In this document: positions 1-14,789 of the stretch, piece by piece
How the letters are laid out: every line of letters starts with the position of its first letter
Position numbering within the stretch: the stretch's first letter is position 1
From: Octopus sinensis
Taxonomy: Eukaryota
Assembly: GCF_006345805.1 (NCBI RefSeq)
Contig: NC_042998.1
Coordinates: forward strand, 72,912,001-72,976,000
Reading direction: 5' to 3'
DNA length: 64,000 bases
The notes under the pieces: generated by a model
Database searches by the model: none
The model's input: the letters and a program-made list of their open reading frames with translations, nothing else
What the model was told of the DNA's origin: nothing
Translations under genes and position numbers: made by a program

Positions 1-715
1 GAAGGACTTCTAGACCAGATTTTACCATGTCCTCTTTCTCAATACCTTTTCACTCAACGTTATGAAAGTTCAAGCTGGAAAGGAGTTTGGTGCATCTACT
101 AAGCTGCATCTCTGCAGCTCTCTGCGTTCCATATGTTGTTAGTTTCGTTATTGTCCGAGAAATTAGTGAAGGCCGAATTAATATTATGGATGAGCGCCGC
201 GTTACTTTTGAAGCAAACGTCCAGTGCATTTGCGCTCTTTGTTGGGTGGGCGTTATTTGCTCCATAAATGGCATGTTTGTCAGGTAGAACGAAGAGTTAG
301 CTTCGTTCTGTTTATGCTTTGACGTATTCGAAAGATAGCGGCCCTCAGCCTCTTCGTCATTAGGGAAGTTGTCATCTAATAGAAGTAAACGAAGGCTGTC
401 ATTTAGCCTGAATAATATTTGTTGCTTTTTTTAGGCTCTTTGCAGAACATCTGGTGGATGATATTCAGTACATATTACCGTTTTGGCCTGTTTAATGAGT
501 CCTACCAGAGTGTCACAATCTGAGTTTGAATTTGGCAGCAGGACTACAGGCGTGAAATCTCGGATGTACATTACCTCTTCACCATAAATTCTTTTATTCT
601 TGTCAGCATTCAGATGTGTTTCTCTCTGTGCCATGTAACTAAGTCTCTCAAGCGAGGTGTATTGCCTTGGGGAGACGTTACAAGGCCCCTGACATTCACC
701 AAGTATGCTGGTGTG
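1..715 (-). mobile_element. Degenerate LINE ORF2 apurinic endonuclease (APE) fragment, CR1/L2/Jockey-like
   Basis: Minus-strand frames give APE motifs in the expected order across frameshifts: LVNVRGL, (Q)RETHL, VICTEYHPP (~YRPP), LLLDDNFP (~GDFNFP), MEQITPT (~QxVxxPTR). Confidence 0.55.
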
Positions 716-954
716 ACATCTAGGATGTAGTTATGTTTTTTGCTATTTAGATGTTTTCTATTTCCCGCGGGGACATATTTCGATTTAATTGCAACTTTAA
801 GTTCTTATAGCAGAGCGTTGATAATGAATAGGTAAGCAGATATCAATGAATGCAGACGTGGCTAAATTTTCAGCAGTTACCCTCAAAATTTCTATCCCTG
901 TGCCTGAATTAGTCACCGTCATTATAAACAAATAGTAGCGATAGCATTATATGC

Positions 955-1001
<47 letters not shown>

Positions 1002-2644
1002 AAGATGACGTGTCCTTAATGTTTATTTTCTGATTTTAATTCTAAATCTAATATTTATAAACAGATGCCTCAATTGAATATACATTCATATATATTTTGT
1101 TTTCAATGTAAGCAATACTGAATACTATATAATGACTTATACATCGTTTATTGATAGCATTAATACAAATATATATTTTCCATCGCATTTATATGATAAT
1201 AATCCTTCTTTCTGAAAACATATATGAAGTAGAAGAACTAAGTCTTATCAACATTATATACCTATATATATTGTAACTTCTAAATTCAGAATAGAATGTT
1301 TCACTTCTATTAATTATCTATACTATTTTGTGATGATTCATTTAATTTTAACCTTGCCCTCGCGGTTTATTTCTGTGCGTAAGGAAAGAAAATTTAATAT
1401 TTAATGGCATGCCATCGAAAACGAACTATGCCAGAAGGTAAAAAACATTTTTGCATGTATTTCACTTTTCTGTGATGTAAACGTATTTTTCTGTAGTTGT
1501 AAATATAAGGTTCAGTGGAATTTTGTTACGTAGAAGTAAAAACGCAATAAAATCATATTAGAAATGTGAGAATATCTAAGAATAAAATAAACAGAATAAA
1601 AGACAGTTAAGCAAGATATCATTCAAATGCAGTAGTAGTTGAATAATATTCTTAAAGCAGCAATTTACTCACATGCAGCATTTTTCAGAGCTTGTTGCAA
1701 ATTCAGTTCTTAACTAAATTGAAAACTGTTAGCATTTTTGATGAGGACTGGAGCTAAGCGACATCTTGAAATAACAAATTCAGATTTGATCTAGTGCAAA
1801 AAAGTTTACATCAAAATATGTAGCAACGTTATAGGAGAATAAGTATCGCCTTTAATCAAGTTTAGATCTAAATAACTTTTTTATTTTAAAAGCAAAATAT
1901 ATTTATCCTAGCTTCAAGGATAGAAGAAATCATGATGAATATCATAGTATTGGTCCCATGCAACAAAACTTTGTATAAAAAATGTTGTGAGGTAAAATAT
2001 CAGGGAGAAATATAAGCAAGGCAAAAAATTGGATTTAAATATAATTAAGTTTTATATTTTATTTTCAAAGCAAACTATATTTTAATCTAACTTAAATGAC
2101 GAAGCTCAATTCGAGGAATTTCATGATATCAATCACAGGCAACGAAGTTGTAAAAGAAAAAATTATGAGTGTATGTTTCTTAAATTTGAGGGTGATAATG
2201 TAGTTCTGTACTTTTTTTAAGAATAAAATCTCATAAGGGGACTTTTAATATATGTCATCAGCGTCATTGAGTTAAGGAAAAAATTATCAACGACACCGCT
2301 AATTGACACATTTCACACATTATTAATTAGCATAGCTTGGAAAATCATGGATTACATAGAAAAATTCGAGCAAGAAACATATTCTTAAGATTACGAACCT
2401 CGAAAATTACAGGACAAGTTATTAATTACACTTGGAAAAGATCGGGACAACTTATTATATCTAGTAAAAACAGTCTTCTATTTTTGCTTCTCCTTAAAAA
2501 TTTTTTCAGTGGTCCCACTAATTAATAGAGATGTAATTGACCTCTACTTTAGACGCATGGCCAGCAATTTCTTTGAAGTTGCTAATAGATTACATTGACG
2601 TCAGTACTTCACTCTCCAAATGTCTATATCGTTTTATATTATAG

Positions 2645-3600
2645 TGTAATCCCTCGCTATATCGCGGTTCATCTATAGTGGTTTATTATTTAAGCTTACG
2701 TCGATTCCTCCATGGTGTTGATTTGCATTTATAATTAAAATATATATATATATATATACAAGTTATAAAAGTAACAAAAATGAAAATACCGTACAAGAAT
2801 CTTTATGGTTTTCGTCACTGTTTACAATTACCTTAAAAAAAATTTTTTAACGTATCATGTAGATGTAATTTTTGATCGTAATTTATTATTCATATATTCC
2901 AGAAAAAAATTTTTGCAAAAATGTTACAGGTGTTCAAAGTTTGATAATTTTCAGAATTTTCTTTCGCTCCCTCTTCCTTCATCGAGGAGGGCTCATTGGC
3001 ATTTCAAAACACTGCTAGAAATGACAGTCAAATATTAAAATATACACGAGCAAAGTTAACATTAAAACATTCGCGAAGAAATTAAATATTTAAAAACTAC
3101 AAACAAAGAAACCAACAAGTGTCACTAGAAATAACAATCATAACATTGCTTAAAACAGACAGTTATTACTTTTAAAAATTCAAGAACGAAAGTTTACAAT
3201 ACGCTCTAAGATTTTATAGAATGAATTATTTTTCTTGTGAGATGCGAGAAAGACAATTCTCCTCCTTGTGCACATGCGCAGCATCTTTAGTTACTATGGA
3301 AACAGAAATTTTCGCCACGGTTATGTATAAATTACTTGGCTAAAATACTAAAATTTTGCAAATTTTAAAGGCTGATAGCTTTTTAATTGGATTATGGATT
3401 TATAGGAAAGATGAATTACGTTTTCATAATAAGTATACAGAACTTAATCTATATACGAAATGTGAAAGAATATTGGAACAAAATTGGAAACAGTGAGAGA
3501 AAACCACAAAGATCTCAGTACATTGCTGTTTCTAATTCGTGGATTTTCACCTATGACGGGGTGTTTGGAACGAACACCCGAGATAGTCGAGGGATTACTG
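2645..3600. mobile_element. Tigger/pogo-like (Tc1-mariner) non-autonomous element
   Basis: Imperfect terminal inverted repeats: left gtaatccctcgctatatcgcg (2646-2666), right cgagatagtcgagggattactg (3579-3600); no ORF; CAGTAATCCCTCG-type ends are typical of Tigger/pogo. Confidence 0.7.
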
Positions 3601-3740
3601 TGTCCATTTCACGGACATTTTAATGTGTATTCTACAATTATACAATACTGGGGAGAACAATGTGTTTTAAGCGAAACATTTAGAAGCCAAACTTTATGCA
3701 TGTATGTATGCATATATGTGTATGTAAGCGTGTATGCATG

Positions 3741-3787
<47 letters not shown>

Positions 3788-4689
3788 AGTGGGAGGATTA
3801 TATGTGCTTTCATGTGTGTGTGTGCGTGCGTGTGTGTATGTGTGTGTGTGCACGGATATGTGTGGTGTGTGTAGGTGTATTCATGCATGTATGCATATGA
3901 GCACAGATCACGCTACTGTTTTTTCTTTCTTCCCCTTTTCCATACATCAGATTGTCCTTCTCAGTGTGTCTCCCAGTTCTTCTCTTTGTCTCTTCCCCAC
4001 TCTCATATATATATATATATATCCGTATATTATTGTGTGACAATGAACGCAAAATATAATGATTAGGAAAATATAAAATCCATAGAGCCTTTTTGCAGCA
4101 TGATGTCGTTTCGCAGATGCATGAAATATATTCAGAAAGATAAGGAGACAAGTGAGTGTTTGTGTCAGGGACAATGAATAGATTGAAATATACGAAGGCG
4201 ATTCATTATCTTATATTGACAACAGTAACAAATATTTAAACATCAGCATGGGTTCTTCAGTGTATTGTTTAAAACATCACCTGAAAATTTCCTGTCGTTA
4301 TTACTGCGACTTGGTATAATTTACAGAAGTACGCTCGTGTAGATATCCAAAGGATTGGATTAATACATTGCCGTGCGTACATTTCAGGTGCACCATTCTA
4401 GATATTGCACTTTTAGCATGTGTGTGATAGTAGTATAAAATCTGCAAATCCTTTTGTATACGTAAATGCAATGAATAACCACCGTATAATGATAGCCGAT
4501 ATCAATTGCTAGGTAATTGTTTAAATCTACCGTGACTCGTTACCTCGAAAAGTGAGAAGATGAGAGGGTATAAAGGAGAGATACGATGAGAGCTAATACA
4601 TGAAATATAACGTTGAAGTTTAGTGGAGGCAACAAGTAAAGAACGCTACACACACACATACACACACACACACACGCGCGCACACATTC

Positions 4690-5010
4690 GTCCTTAGTCG
4701 AAAGATGCCTGTTGTTATATCCTTATATTTTTATTGTATTTGTGTAACATCCGTTTTTTCCAAGGAAGCTTTCTTCCTAGGAATCTAATGCTCTCAGCTT
4801 AGTTTTTCCTGGGGCTGGCCAGGTTGTAGCACTCTCAAGTATAATCAGCCGAAATTGCGAGGATAATCTGGTGCTTGACCGAGAAAAGAAAACTTCGAAT
4901 GACCGGACCTTGTTTTCTTTGCATCGACTATCTGGATGTTTTGTTGTCCCATTTTAGTATCACCTAACTGTCTGGATATTTTGCGTTCTTGTCCCATTTT
5001 GTAATTTTTA
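4690..5010 (+). mobile_element. Probable decayed PLE terminal (pLTR) remnant between microsatellites
   Basis: Microsatellite-flanked; contains a decayed hammerhead-like ...cagccGAAA segment (~4845-4855) without an intact CUGANGA core. Confidence 0.3.
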
Positions 5011-5039
5011 TATACATACATATATATATATATATTATA

Positions 5040-5089
<50 letters not shown>

Positions 5090-7449
5090 TATATATATAT
5101 GTGTGTGTATGTGTAAATATATATATATAAAACACAAAGGCTAGGCGATGACAATGAAAAGAGACGTTAACTAAGATGATTGAATGTGGGATAGAGAGAA
5201 AGGAGGAAAGAGAGAGTGAGAGAGAGCGTCCTAGATGTAAAAGCATTTTAGAATCATTGTAGACCATTATACTGAAGGGAAAACTATATAAGAAAATAAA
5301 AGATATTAAACAAAAAGAAAAACTAAAGGGACATGGGAGGAGAGAAAAGGGGGAAAGTTGGAATAGTGGTGAGCTACAGGACAAAGTGAGGGTGTAGAAA
5401 ACAAGAGATATGACAAGCTGTACATTTGAGTGCCTCTTCTCTCTTTTGCTTTTGTTTCCAATAGCTATGCCCTTTTGAATCTCGTCTGGATTCCAATATA
5501 ATTATTGTTGTATCGTATACCCACTGGTGTATTCATGGATATATGTATGTGTGTATGTATTCCGTACGTATGTATTTATGCGTGTATGTATGTATATCTG
5601 TATGTGTGTATGTATGTATGTGTATATGTATGTATGCATGTATGTATGTATTCGAGGCTGAGGCTTCCAAAAATGTTCCTCCGAGTATTCGTTTCCAATT
5701 ATAAGGAAATGGTAAACAAATGTGTTATGGAATAGGGCAAGTAGAACATATTTGGATGCCACAGAAGGGCTGTAAATAGGCAAAGAGAAAATAAAGGTAA
5801 GACCTCATTCATTAATGAATTTTACTGTTATGACCAATATAAGTTGGAGGAATTGGAGAGGAGGATTTAGGAATATGGAAATATGAGGGAAACTAAAAGA
5901 AGAAAAAATAATATGAAATATCTGCAAATAAAATATAGATATTAACAGACAAAACAAAGATGTGCATGGGAATGAATATATATATAGTATAATTTTTTGA
6001 AAATTGAATATAAACATAGAGAATACTGTAAATTCGCGACAGTCTTGTTTAAATATATTTGATGTTTAACAGAAAGATGTGCTCAATGGCAGAATTTTTC
6101 GTTTCTACATGACTTGCCAACATTGTATTGGTATCGAATCTTTCATTGTCACTATATTTGCACAACCAGGATATATGTGTGTGAATACAAGAATTTCTGC
6201 ATGTGTGTGCATCTCTGTCGCTTGTGTAGCGCTATATTCATAAATGTACGTGTAAAACAAATTGCAAATACAAGCCAGTGACTCGCCTGATATCGCTGAA
6301 AATGTTTCTTGCATTCAAAAGAACATTGAATGATATGGGTATAAGTATGTTTATTAGTTTCTCAGTTTCTGTATATATATATATATATATTGTACATATA
6401 TTTCAACAAATCAGTTTATCTTTTATTTATATTTGGAAGTTTTCAGATTTGTGGGTAAATGTGTTTTGAATTATGATGTTGGAATTGTCAAGTACTAAAT
6501 TATTGAATGAACATCAATTATATTTGGATTATGAATTTTCTTTAGGTATGCATTTATCTACTTAAACATCATCATATTAACGCATTTTTCATATGGATGA
6601 TGCTTCTTTCACTATTTTGCACATACATTGGCTTATTTAAATTTTGGTGGAAATCATGTTGATTGCAATGATTTTAATGCATCAATAATTGAAGTTATTG
6701 CTTTTTTAAAAATGTTAATACCTCATGCGGCGGCTTACATGCAACTGACAAAGCTCTAAACAGTAAGTATGGTACGCATAGATTTTATACTGTGCAACAG
6801 GAAAGCAATTAAAGTGGCAAATTTAGTCAAATACGCTATCAAAAAATCTATAAAATAATATTTTCTCGTTTCTTTTATATTTTTGAAAAAGAACTGCAAT
6901 TAACTTTTGAATTATAAAAGCAAAATATAAACCACATAATTTAGTAAGTGTAATAATGGTTGTTAAATTATATCATGTAACATAGAAAATAAGTTAAAAG
7001 ATCCATTTATTCTCTACTAATGGAAAAAAAATAAAAACAAATTCTAGCTGCAACACTACTGCGCATTTAACAACACCTAAACTGTATAAAAGCATAAATG
7101 TTCACGGGAAGTAATTATAGTGTATAATTCGTAGGCGAAAAATCATATTTTATTTTCAAGCTAATATCTAAGAGAAAAACAATGTGATATTGCCTTTTGT
7201 TAAACCTTTGGATAAAGTAAACGGCACGAAATGGTCATTTACATTGAATTATTATAACATAAAAGAGATAAATGCAGACAGCAAAATCTTGATACTAAGT
7301 AATGGTAATTAGAGAGAATAAATCCTTTTTTAAATACTTCGTATATTAGTGAAGCAAGTGGTAATTCATAAATCAGTCAGAATATAATGAAAACAAAGGA
7401 AGGCATCATGTCAGGCGAGTAGTGTAGTAGCAGCAGTAGCAGCAGCAGC

Positions 7450-7492
<43 letters not shown>

Positions 7493-7739
7493 GTAGTATT
7501 AGTAGTAGTAGTAGTTTGAAGAAGTATAATGAAGACAATTACAAATGATTTCTACAAGCCTGTTTTAAAAATATTCCTTTCTTTATAGCCCACAAGGACC
7601 CATATATAACAATACAAATCTTGCTGTTCAAAAGGCGCTTAAAAACGATGTAATTTTGTGTATGTATATAATAATTGGTTACAATTAAAAAACTGAATTA
7701 CACTATATTGAAAACAAAAGAAAACTTATAAATTAGGAC

Positions 7740-8560
7740 TGTAGGCTTAAGGCAACATCGGTAAGGTGAGGGCATCAAAGAAGTCCACCAGCTTCTGTCC
7801 CTATCACCTCTTGACAACTGCGAAGATAGAAACTGCATCTTTAAATTCATGACCCACCTCTTCAGTTGTCGGGAAACCGATAATATTTATCATCTTATGC
7901 CGCCTGATGTTCATACTATACGTTCTTTTTATCTGTACGGCGAGTGTTTTTTTTTCTTTCTTTGATCAGCTAAACTATCAAATTTAGAATTAACTTTCAG
8001 TTCAGGCCATCAGGATTCCGCTTCTCGTTTACTTCTGATGTGTAAATGTGGCTGAAATCCCAGGATCAACATCCTCGTATCTTGAGACCCGGGCTTTAGA
8101 CAAATTAGTGACTCTTTACGTTAGTCTACTTCTCGGTCTGTATCAAGGACTTGTACACACTTCCACATACTCAGTTCTGGTTTATATAGCAAACAACATG
8201 CTCATCAAACATTGGTGTCAAGACTGATCCTCGTAATCTTTGATAACCGGTTTTCTTGCTTATTTGTTTTTTTGTTTTTTTTTAGTTGGTATTAATACTC
8301 TCTGAAACTTGCCTTGCAGCGTTTGATTTTCCTCTCTTTTTCTGACCAGCAGGTTGATGATTTCCCACTTCATTATATCAAGTATACTTCGGCTTTGCAC
8401 CATCAACCTATTTCACTAGCTTCACTCTCTCAATAGATTTCAACACAGAAATAGCTTGTGTTTTTGGAGTTCCTAAGGAACTGCGTATTCAGGATAATTC
8501 CACAGATATAAGCTGTTATTTAGTTTTTCATATCTAGTAATCGTTATTTTGCCGATAATG
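7740..8560 (-). mobile_element. Highly degenerate LINE reverse transcriptase fragment (CR1/L2/Jockey-like)
   Basis: Minus-strand remnants in RT order: WCKAEVYLI (~WKxAxVxPI), YEDVD/DFS (~DVxYLDFSKAF), DAVSIFA (~SIFADD); many stops and frameshifts. Confidence 0.45.
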
Positions 8561-11500
8561 TAATTAGATATCACGACGCTAATTTGGCGATAACTTTAGC
8601 TAATGATTCTTGCCTTGTGTTCGTTGTGGACATGGTCTGTGGCTCCAAGATTGGATAAACTTGTATATAATCCTGTCGCTCACAAATAATTGGCCACGAC
8701 ACCATCTACTCCTCAGAGGTATATGGAAACCTAAATACTTTTAAAAGAGTGGTATGTCATTTGCTCTTTCGTGGCAAAGTTTTGGGAATTTTTCACAATT
8801 TTGTGAATTAGATTTGAATGTTTTCTTTTTATCTGCTTCTAACTAAATGCTATTACCTTGCAACACTTTGAATTGCTGTTTTGAGTAGGGTGCGTTTATT
8901 ATCGGCACTTAATATGACGGTCAGGCGACTTTTAGTTTATGGATGTTTATGTTGTAATTCTGTGATTGCGGTGTCTGTATCAATTTAAACTTATTCAGTA
9001 TTTTAGTTAATTTCAATACTCTACGAGCATCATATTTCCATATAACATGCTCATTTTTATATTGCTTTTACAGTCCTTTTACAGACATTATTAGGTTCTC
9101 TAGACAATTACTAACCCTTGCAACTATTTTCTAAAGAATTCATTGGAGGAATATAGTTAATGTGTATGAAGAGCATTTTTAACGATGGTAAATTTGAGTC
9201 AACAAATCCATTAATAGTACAGCTCTTTAAATGGTGTGTAGTTGTAAAAATCATCCATAAAATGTCCTCTGTTTAATGAGAATAGGGACGCCTGGGTTTC
9301 CAGACAAATTGTTAATTTGTAAATGTTCTTATTTTTTCTATATATTCCACGTTGGGTGAATGATTCGCTGCGATAATTGTGTATGTATTTCGTTTGTAGA
9401 CGGCATCTCCGTACTCTAGAAATACTTAATGTGGTTTCATACATGTTATCAGAATTTCTACGGTTTACTAAACCTCTTATTTATATCCATCCATTTCCTG
9501 GAGATTATAGTTCAGATCTTCTGACACATTTTATATTCCAGATGAGCGGCTGGCATGTTGTAATACACACACGCGCGCGCGCGCACTCACATATATTAGT
9601 GATTTGCTCATGTTCTTAATCTTTGCTTGAAAGTGATGGTCTCAAATGTATTCATTTTCATTTGGGAAATTGTTTTCCTTTCCTAATAACCTGTTCAGTT
9701 TTTTTTTTTTGTAGTCTCTTTTACTATACTTTAAATAATGTTTCCCCTAACTTCATACAAATATATACACTTAGCAGTTCAAACAATTACTGGGCTCGTA
9801 TCTGTTCTACTTGTTCCATTCTTGCTTTGTATAACTTTTTTTATTAATTTCCCTTTTCTTCTCTTTTTATCACTTTTATATGAATTTTGTGTTTGCTGAT
9901 CTGATCTCACACTGGGATTTGATAACGTTCTTCGTCTAAATAGTCTTCATTCTATATCATACGTTGCATCACTATTATTTTTGTTATTAATTTCCATGAA
10001 GATTTACTTCGTATGTGTTGTTCATGCTTAACTCTTAATTCATATTTTCTTTGAATGTTTCTCATAGAATATCTGAACCCTAATTACGTGTTCTCTGTTT
10101 TAGTTTCCCTTCCAAAATTCTTTTCCCCACACGAAATCTCTTCCCTGTTGTAGTTAATTTGTATGTTTGATTTTACTTGTGCTTCACTATTTCTATTTTA
10201 CTAAGCAAAACCGCATACGTATTTTCTGGATTTCGTCTTGCAACCTTCATTTTCAGTATTATTTGGGTTTTTGCAAATGTGTGGGCCTTTACGCTATTAG
10301 GGATGATCTGTTAAGGGAACTCACTAAATTAGGTTCTTTTGATTTTTTTTTGTTTTGTAGTAAAATCTATATTTTATTATTAGGCATTTATTTCTCATAA
10401 ACTATCTTGTAACTCGCAGTATTGGGAATTGGGAACGGTTTAAGATGATTCATGCTGATTAATGTTGATTCGTAATGTTATTGTCACTTTTATTGTGTTT
10501 CAATTTATGTCAGATTTTTCTTATACTTACATTGTTTTATCTTCTTATGATGTGTGTCACTATACCTTATGTTGATATGTGTACAGTAAAGAGAATATGA
10601 GATTCGCTACGTGTATTAGATTATACATTCTGCCGTTGTGTTTATCGTTACCAAAATATCTATTTTGTAAAGTATGTGTCGATACTTGCTTGAATGATTG
10701 CATTAACGCATTTAAGTTCATCATCTTCCATTTGTGTTTTCGAAATCATAGTTCTATTAAATATATGAGAAGGGGAATAATCTTTAGTATTGCTTACCGA
10801 TAAGGAACATTGCATCATAAAAGGTTTAATTCTGTGATGTATGGACTTACTGGGTTTTTTTTTTTTTCGTTATGACTTCGGGTATTTTCTATTATAAGGA
10901 TCATAATTTTGGTTACGGATTTATTACTCTAAACATTGTAGTTTCTCTATCATTAAAGCATGGAAATTTTACTATAAATATGTTAATTTCTGTTATAAAG
11001 TATGTGAGCAACAGTATTATTTCTAGCGGGTCGGCCGGCAATAGATTAGTATCCTTGGAGGACTAAGTTATGATATTTAGACACGCATAATTATTCTATT
11101 ATTTTGCAGGTTGTAGTTGGCGTGACTATACTGGGGCATCAGAGAACATTAGTACAATATAGTTAAGTTTTACAAAGATAATTACTTTTAATGGACAAGT
11201 GTTTGGTGTAATACAACTACATGTTGCATGAACAACGGTTTTAGTGCTACTGAAAATATTCTATTTATTGAAGGATCTGAAGTCAATAATCGAGGTCCCA
11301 ATGTAAAGAAATGACATTTACGATGTTTCTGATTATATTTCTTGATACGCTTAGTTCGGATGCTACTATAACATGCTACAACTTTGTAAAATTTCACGCT
11401 TCAGAATACCCAAGCGAGTTCTAATATGTATTTTACCGAGCAGGCCAGTGATAAGAAAGGCTTCATAAAAATAATGAAAAAACACTGATCAATATAGACT

Positions 11501-11736
11501 CGGCTGACGATAATTATCGTCAGATTACTAATATTAGGAATACACTTTCGTAGAATATTCTCGAAGTAATTTGGATGAGAATTAGATATTTCGCTAGCTT
11601 CTCGCTAAGTGTAAAACTTAATTCTATCTGTTTCAAAAAAATAGATGAAGAAAATATCGATTAAAATTATATTATTTTATGGCATCTTGTAATTTTCAAC
11701 ATTTTAACCCATGATCATTCATGTATACACACACAC

Positions 11737-11780
<44 letters not shown>

Positions 11781-11800
11781 GCATGTATATCTGTATATAT

Positions 11801-12082
11801 AGGCGCATACGTGGCAGTGTGTTAAGAAGCTTGCTTTCCAACTAAATGTCTGCGGGTTCAGTCCCACTACATGGGACCTTAGGAAAATGTTTTCTTCTAT
11901 AGCCTTGGGTTGAACAAAGCTTTCTGAGTGGATTTGGTAGTTGAAAACTGAGTCAGATATACATACTTATATCTTTATGCATGTATGTATGTATGATGTA
12001 TGTATGTATATATGTATGTATGTTTGTATGTATGTATACACACACTCACACACACACAGACAATACATACATACGTATATAC

Positions 12083-12122
<40 letters not shown>

Positions 12123-12305
12123 GCAGGTTGTCTTTGTGCCTGTGTCTGTTTCCCACCACTGCTTGAAAAACCGGTGTTGGTAAGTTTATGTTACTGTAAA
12201 TTAGCGTTAGAATACCTACCAGGTTTTAAAAACTGGTGTCGGTTCATTTAACTAAAAATTCTCCAAGGTGGTGTCCCAGTCTAATGACTAAAACAAGTAA
12301 AAAAT
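11801..12305 (+). mobile_element. SINE family A (tRNA-type head) with expanded internal microsatellite
   Basis: Head gtggcagtgtgttaagaagcttgc...gggttcagtcccact; body gagtggatttggtag; tail ...aatgactaaaacaagtaaaa; homologous to copies at 24.3, 29.9, 48.7 and 63.3 kb. Confidence 0.8.
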
Positions 12306-13584
12306 ATATAAGGTTGCAAGAAACTAAATAATTGCCTTCTGTATTCAAAGTTTCTCTCACGTTATGTAATGCATCATATAAAATTACCAAATGGTTTATA
12401 TTGAAATAAAAGAATACATGTAAACAAGTGTATTTTACTTGATAGAATCAGTACCAGAAGGGCTTTTGTATTCACATTCTATCTACAGCCACAGACTTTC
12501 GTAATGATATAACATTAATTTTATTACAATTCCTTTCTCATGCCATAAACTGTATTTTCATATGGTTGAACTGGATTATATATATATATATATATAATAT
12601 GCTAAAATATTCACATTAGCCAGTATCCAATATACATGGCATCTGTTGCATTACAACCGTCTTCATTCCATCCCATTTTCACAGAAACACTGCATTGAAG
12701 CCCAGTGTCTCATACATCTTCAGTACAACGTTACGTGTCATTGATAGATTATAAGAGTTATTTCTCTCAGAATGTAAATGAAATCACTATGGAGACAGCA
12801 CACTACTTATTGCTAAATTTTAACAACTAGTTAATTGGTTTAACTGTCAATACGCGTGTCTGTAAATCACTGATAATTAATTTATCGATCACCAAATTGA
12901 TCAAAATTTCCATCAAGCGGTTAAGAAGGCCAACGCTGTGTAATCACTTGAATGCCGTCCGTAATAGAGAAATCTCCTTCGAATATCAGACTATAGTTTT
13001 AAGAAAGAAATGCCTTACAGTGTAATGTAGAAACGGACATATTGTGTCTGACTGAATCTGTGAAAAATGTCAATTACAGGACTGCTGGATTGCAATAAAC
13101 TTGGGACAAAATAACCAGAGTATCAACACGTTCGACTTAATGAATCCTGGCCCAGTTTATCACCCACAACTAAGTCCTATAGTGACGTGCATATCTGCTG
13201 GGGATTCAATTAGCCTTGGTCTAGTTTATAACTACCACCTTCTGACAGTTGATAGTCTTTAGTGGAATTCCATCTTCTGTAAGCAATCACACCTTTTCTC
13301 CTCTTGGTTCAGTATATTCTCATTTTCTTTCTTGATCGTTGTCTGAGAACCTGATTATAGATATGTATGATAATGCTCGTTCAGTAATGAAGCAATTAAA
13401 GCAGAGCGTTATGCTGTTAGACTGTTGCGCTATTGTATCCGTCACTCCTCGATAATTTAAAGAATTCATAAAATCATACGCAAACATTTTAGCGCTAATA
13501 TGGCGGATAACTTTGCAAAGAACTTAACAGAACAGCATTAATAGTTGTTGAAAAACTATAAAACATCAGACGTATATGTGACGA

Positions 13585-13800
13585 TGATGATCATGATGAT
13601 GATCATGATGATGATCATGATGATGATGACGACGACGACGACGACGACGACGACGATGATGATGATGATGATGATGATGATGGTGATAGTGATGGTGGTG
13701 GTAGTGAAGGTGATGGTGTTTGTAGTACTGTTCTTTGCGTTGGTGATGAGGGTGATGATACTGATAATGCTGATGAAACATTGTAGAATAATAATAATGA
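13585..13800. repeat. (ATG/GAC/GTG)n trinucleotide microsatellite
   Basis: Direct inspection; explains the poly-M/H/S ORFs in the track. Confidence 0.95.
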
Positions 13801-14195
13801 AACTCCGTTCATAATTGCTTTCCATTATTTATGGTTGAAATTTACACTGTTTATATTATTAGTGATTTCAATATAAAATATGAAAGATGACACATAATTG
13901 TTGTAAATATTTCATTTATGACGTTCAATAATCACTGGTACGAAAATAACTTTTAGCTGCACTCTTGAAATAGATTTAGATATTACTATATGTGAATGTG
14001 TTTCTGTGTGTAGATACGTATTTTCTTTCTCCAAGTGAAGTACAGTTTGTTTATAGTGATTATGAGCGTATTACTCATGGGATATAAGAGATAATGTTCA
14101 ATTTCATCCAAAAATGTTATCTATATATATGCATATATACATACACACACATGTCTATCTATCTATCTATCTATTTATATCTACATATATGTATA

Positions 14196-14244
<49 letters not shown>

Positions 14245-14533
14245 CCCTACACAATCGCAATAGAGTTTATTAAAACGTTCGGACAGATAGACGTTAAAAT
14301 AATCGGACAAGCGGAACAACACTTAGAAGGACAGGCAAAAAAATGACGGGTCATTATTGGCTTTCTTTCATCAGTGAAAACCATTTCGGGCAGTTACACG
14401 TGAGATGGCTCGATCTGGTTGCTTCACAAAAAGTCTAAGCTAAGAGCATTAGACCCCTTTGTAAGAAAGTTAGCGAATGTGTACGGCAACAAAAACAAAC
14501 ACACACACGCACGCTCACACACACATATACATG

Positions 14534-14565
<32 letters not shown>

Positions 14566-14596
14566 CGCGAGAAAGAAGCAACAAGAATGGATAGGT

Positions 14597-14687
14597 TTTT
14601 AGTACAATCGTTTCATACAAGGACAGGTTTTATTAAAAGTTGTAAAAATTACAGCATATAAACGTGTCCCGTACTCATCAGCTAAAA
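14597..14687 (-). ncRNA. Type I hammerhead ribozyme, inverted copy
   Basis: Reverse complement of 16862-16952. Confidence 0.85.
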
Positions 14688-14789
14688 TACATGTGAGTTC
14701 TCTAGACATCCTAGTGGTTGAGGCTATACTCATGAAGTAATGTAGATAATTAAGTAACATACACAGATTTCCAAAGTTCATTAAAGTAA

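Noticed and set aside
1405-1560. Possible first exon MACHRKRTMPE with a gtaaaa donor and a 59-nt intron
   Set aside because: The spliced frame stops after ~21 further codons; no supporting homology.
2340-2500. YEPRKLQDKLL peptide reminiscent of a transposase
   Set aside because: Too short and interrupted to assign.
14242-14500. CTGATGA on the minus strand next to (TA)n
   Set aside because: No stem II or GAAA in register; at most a decayed pLTR.
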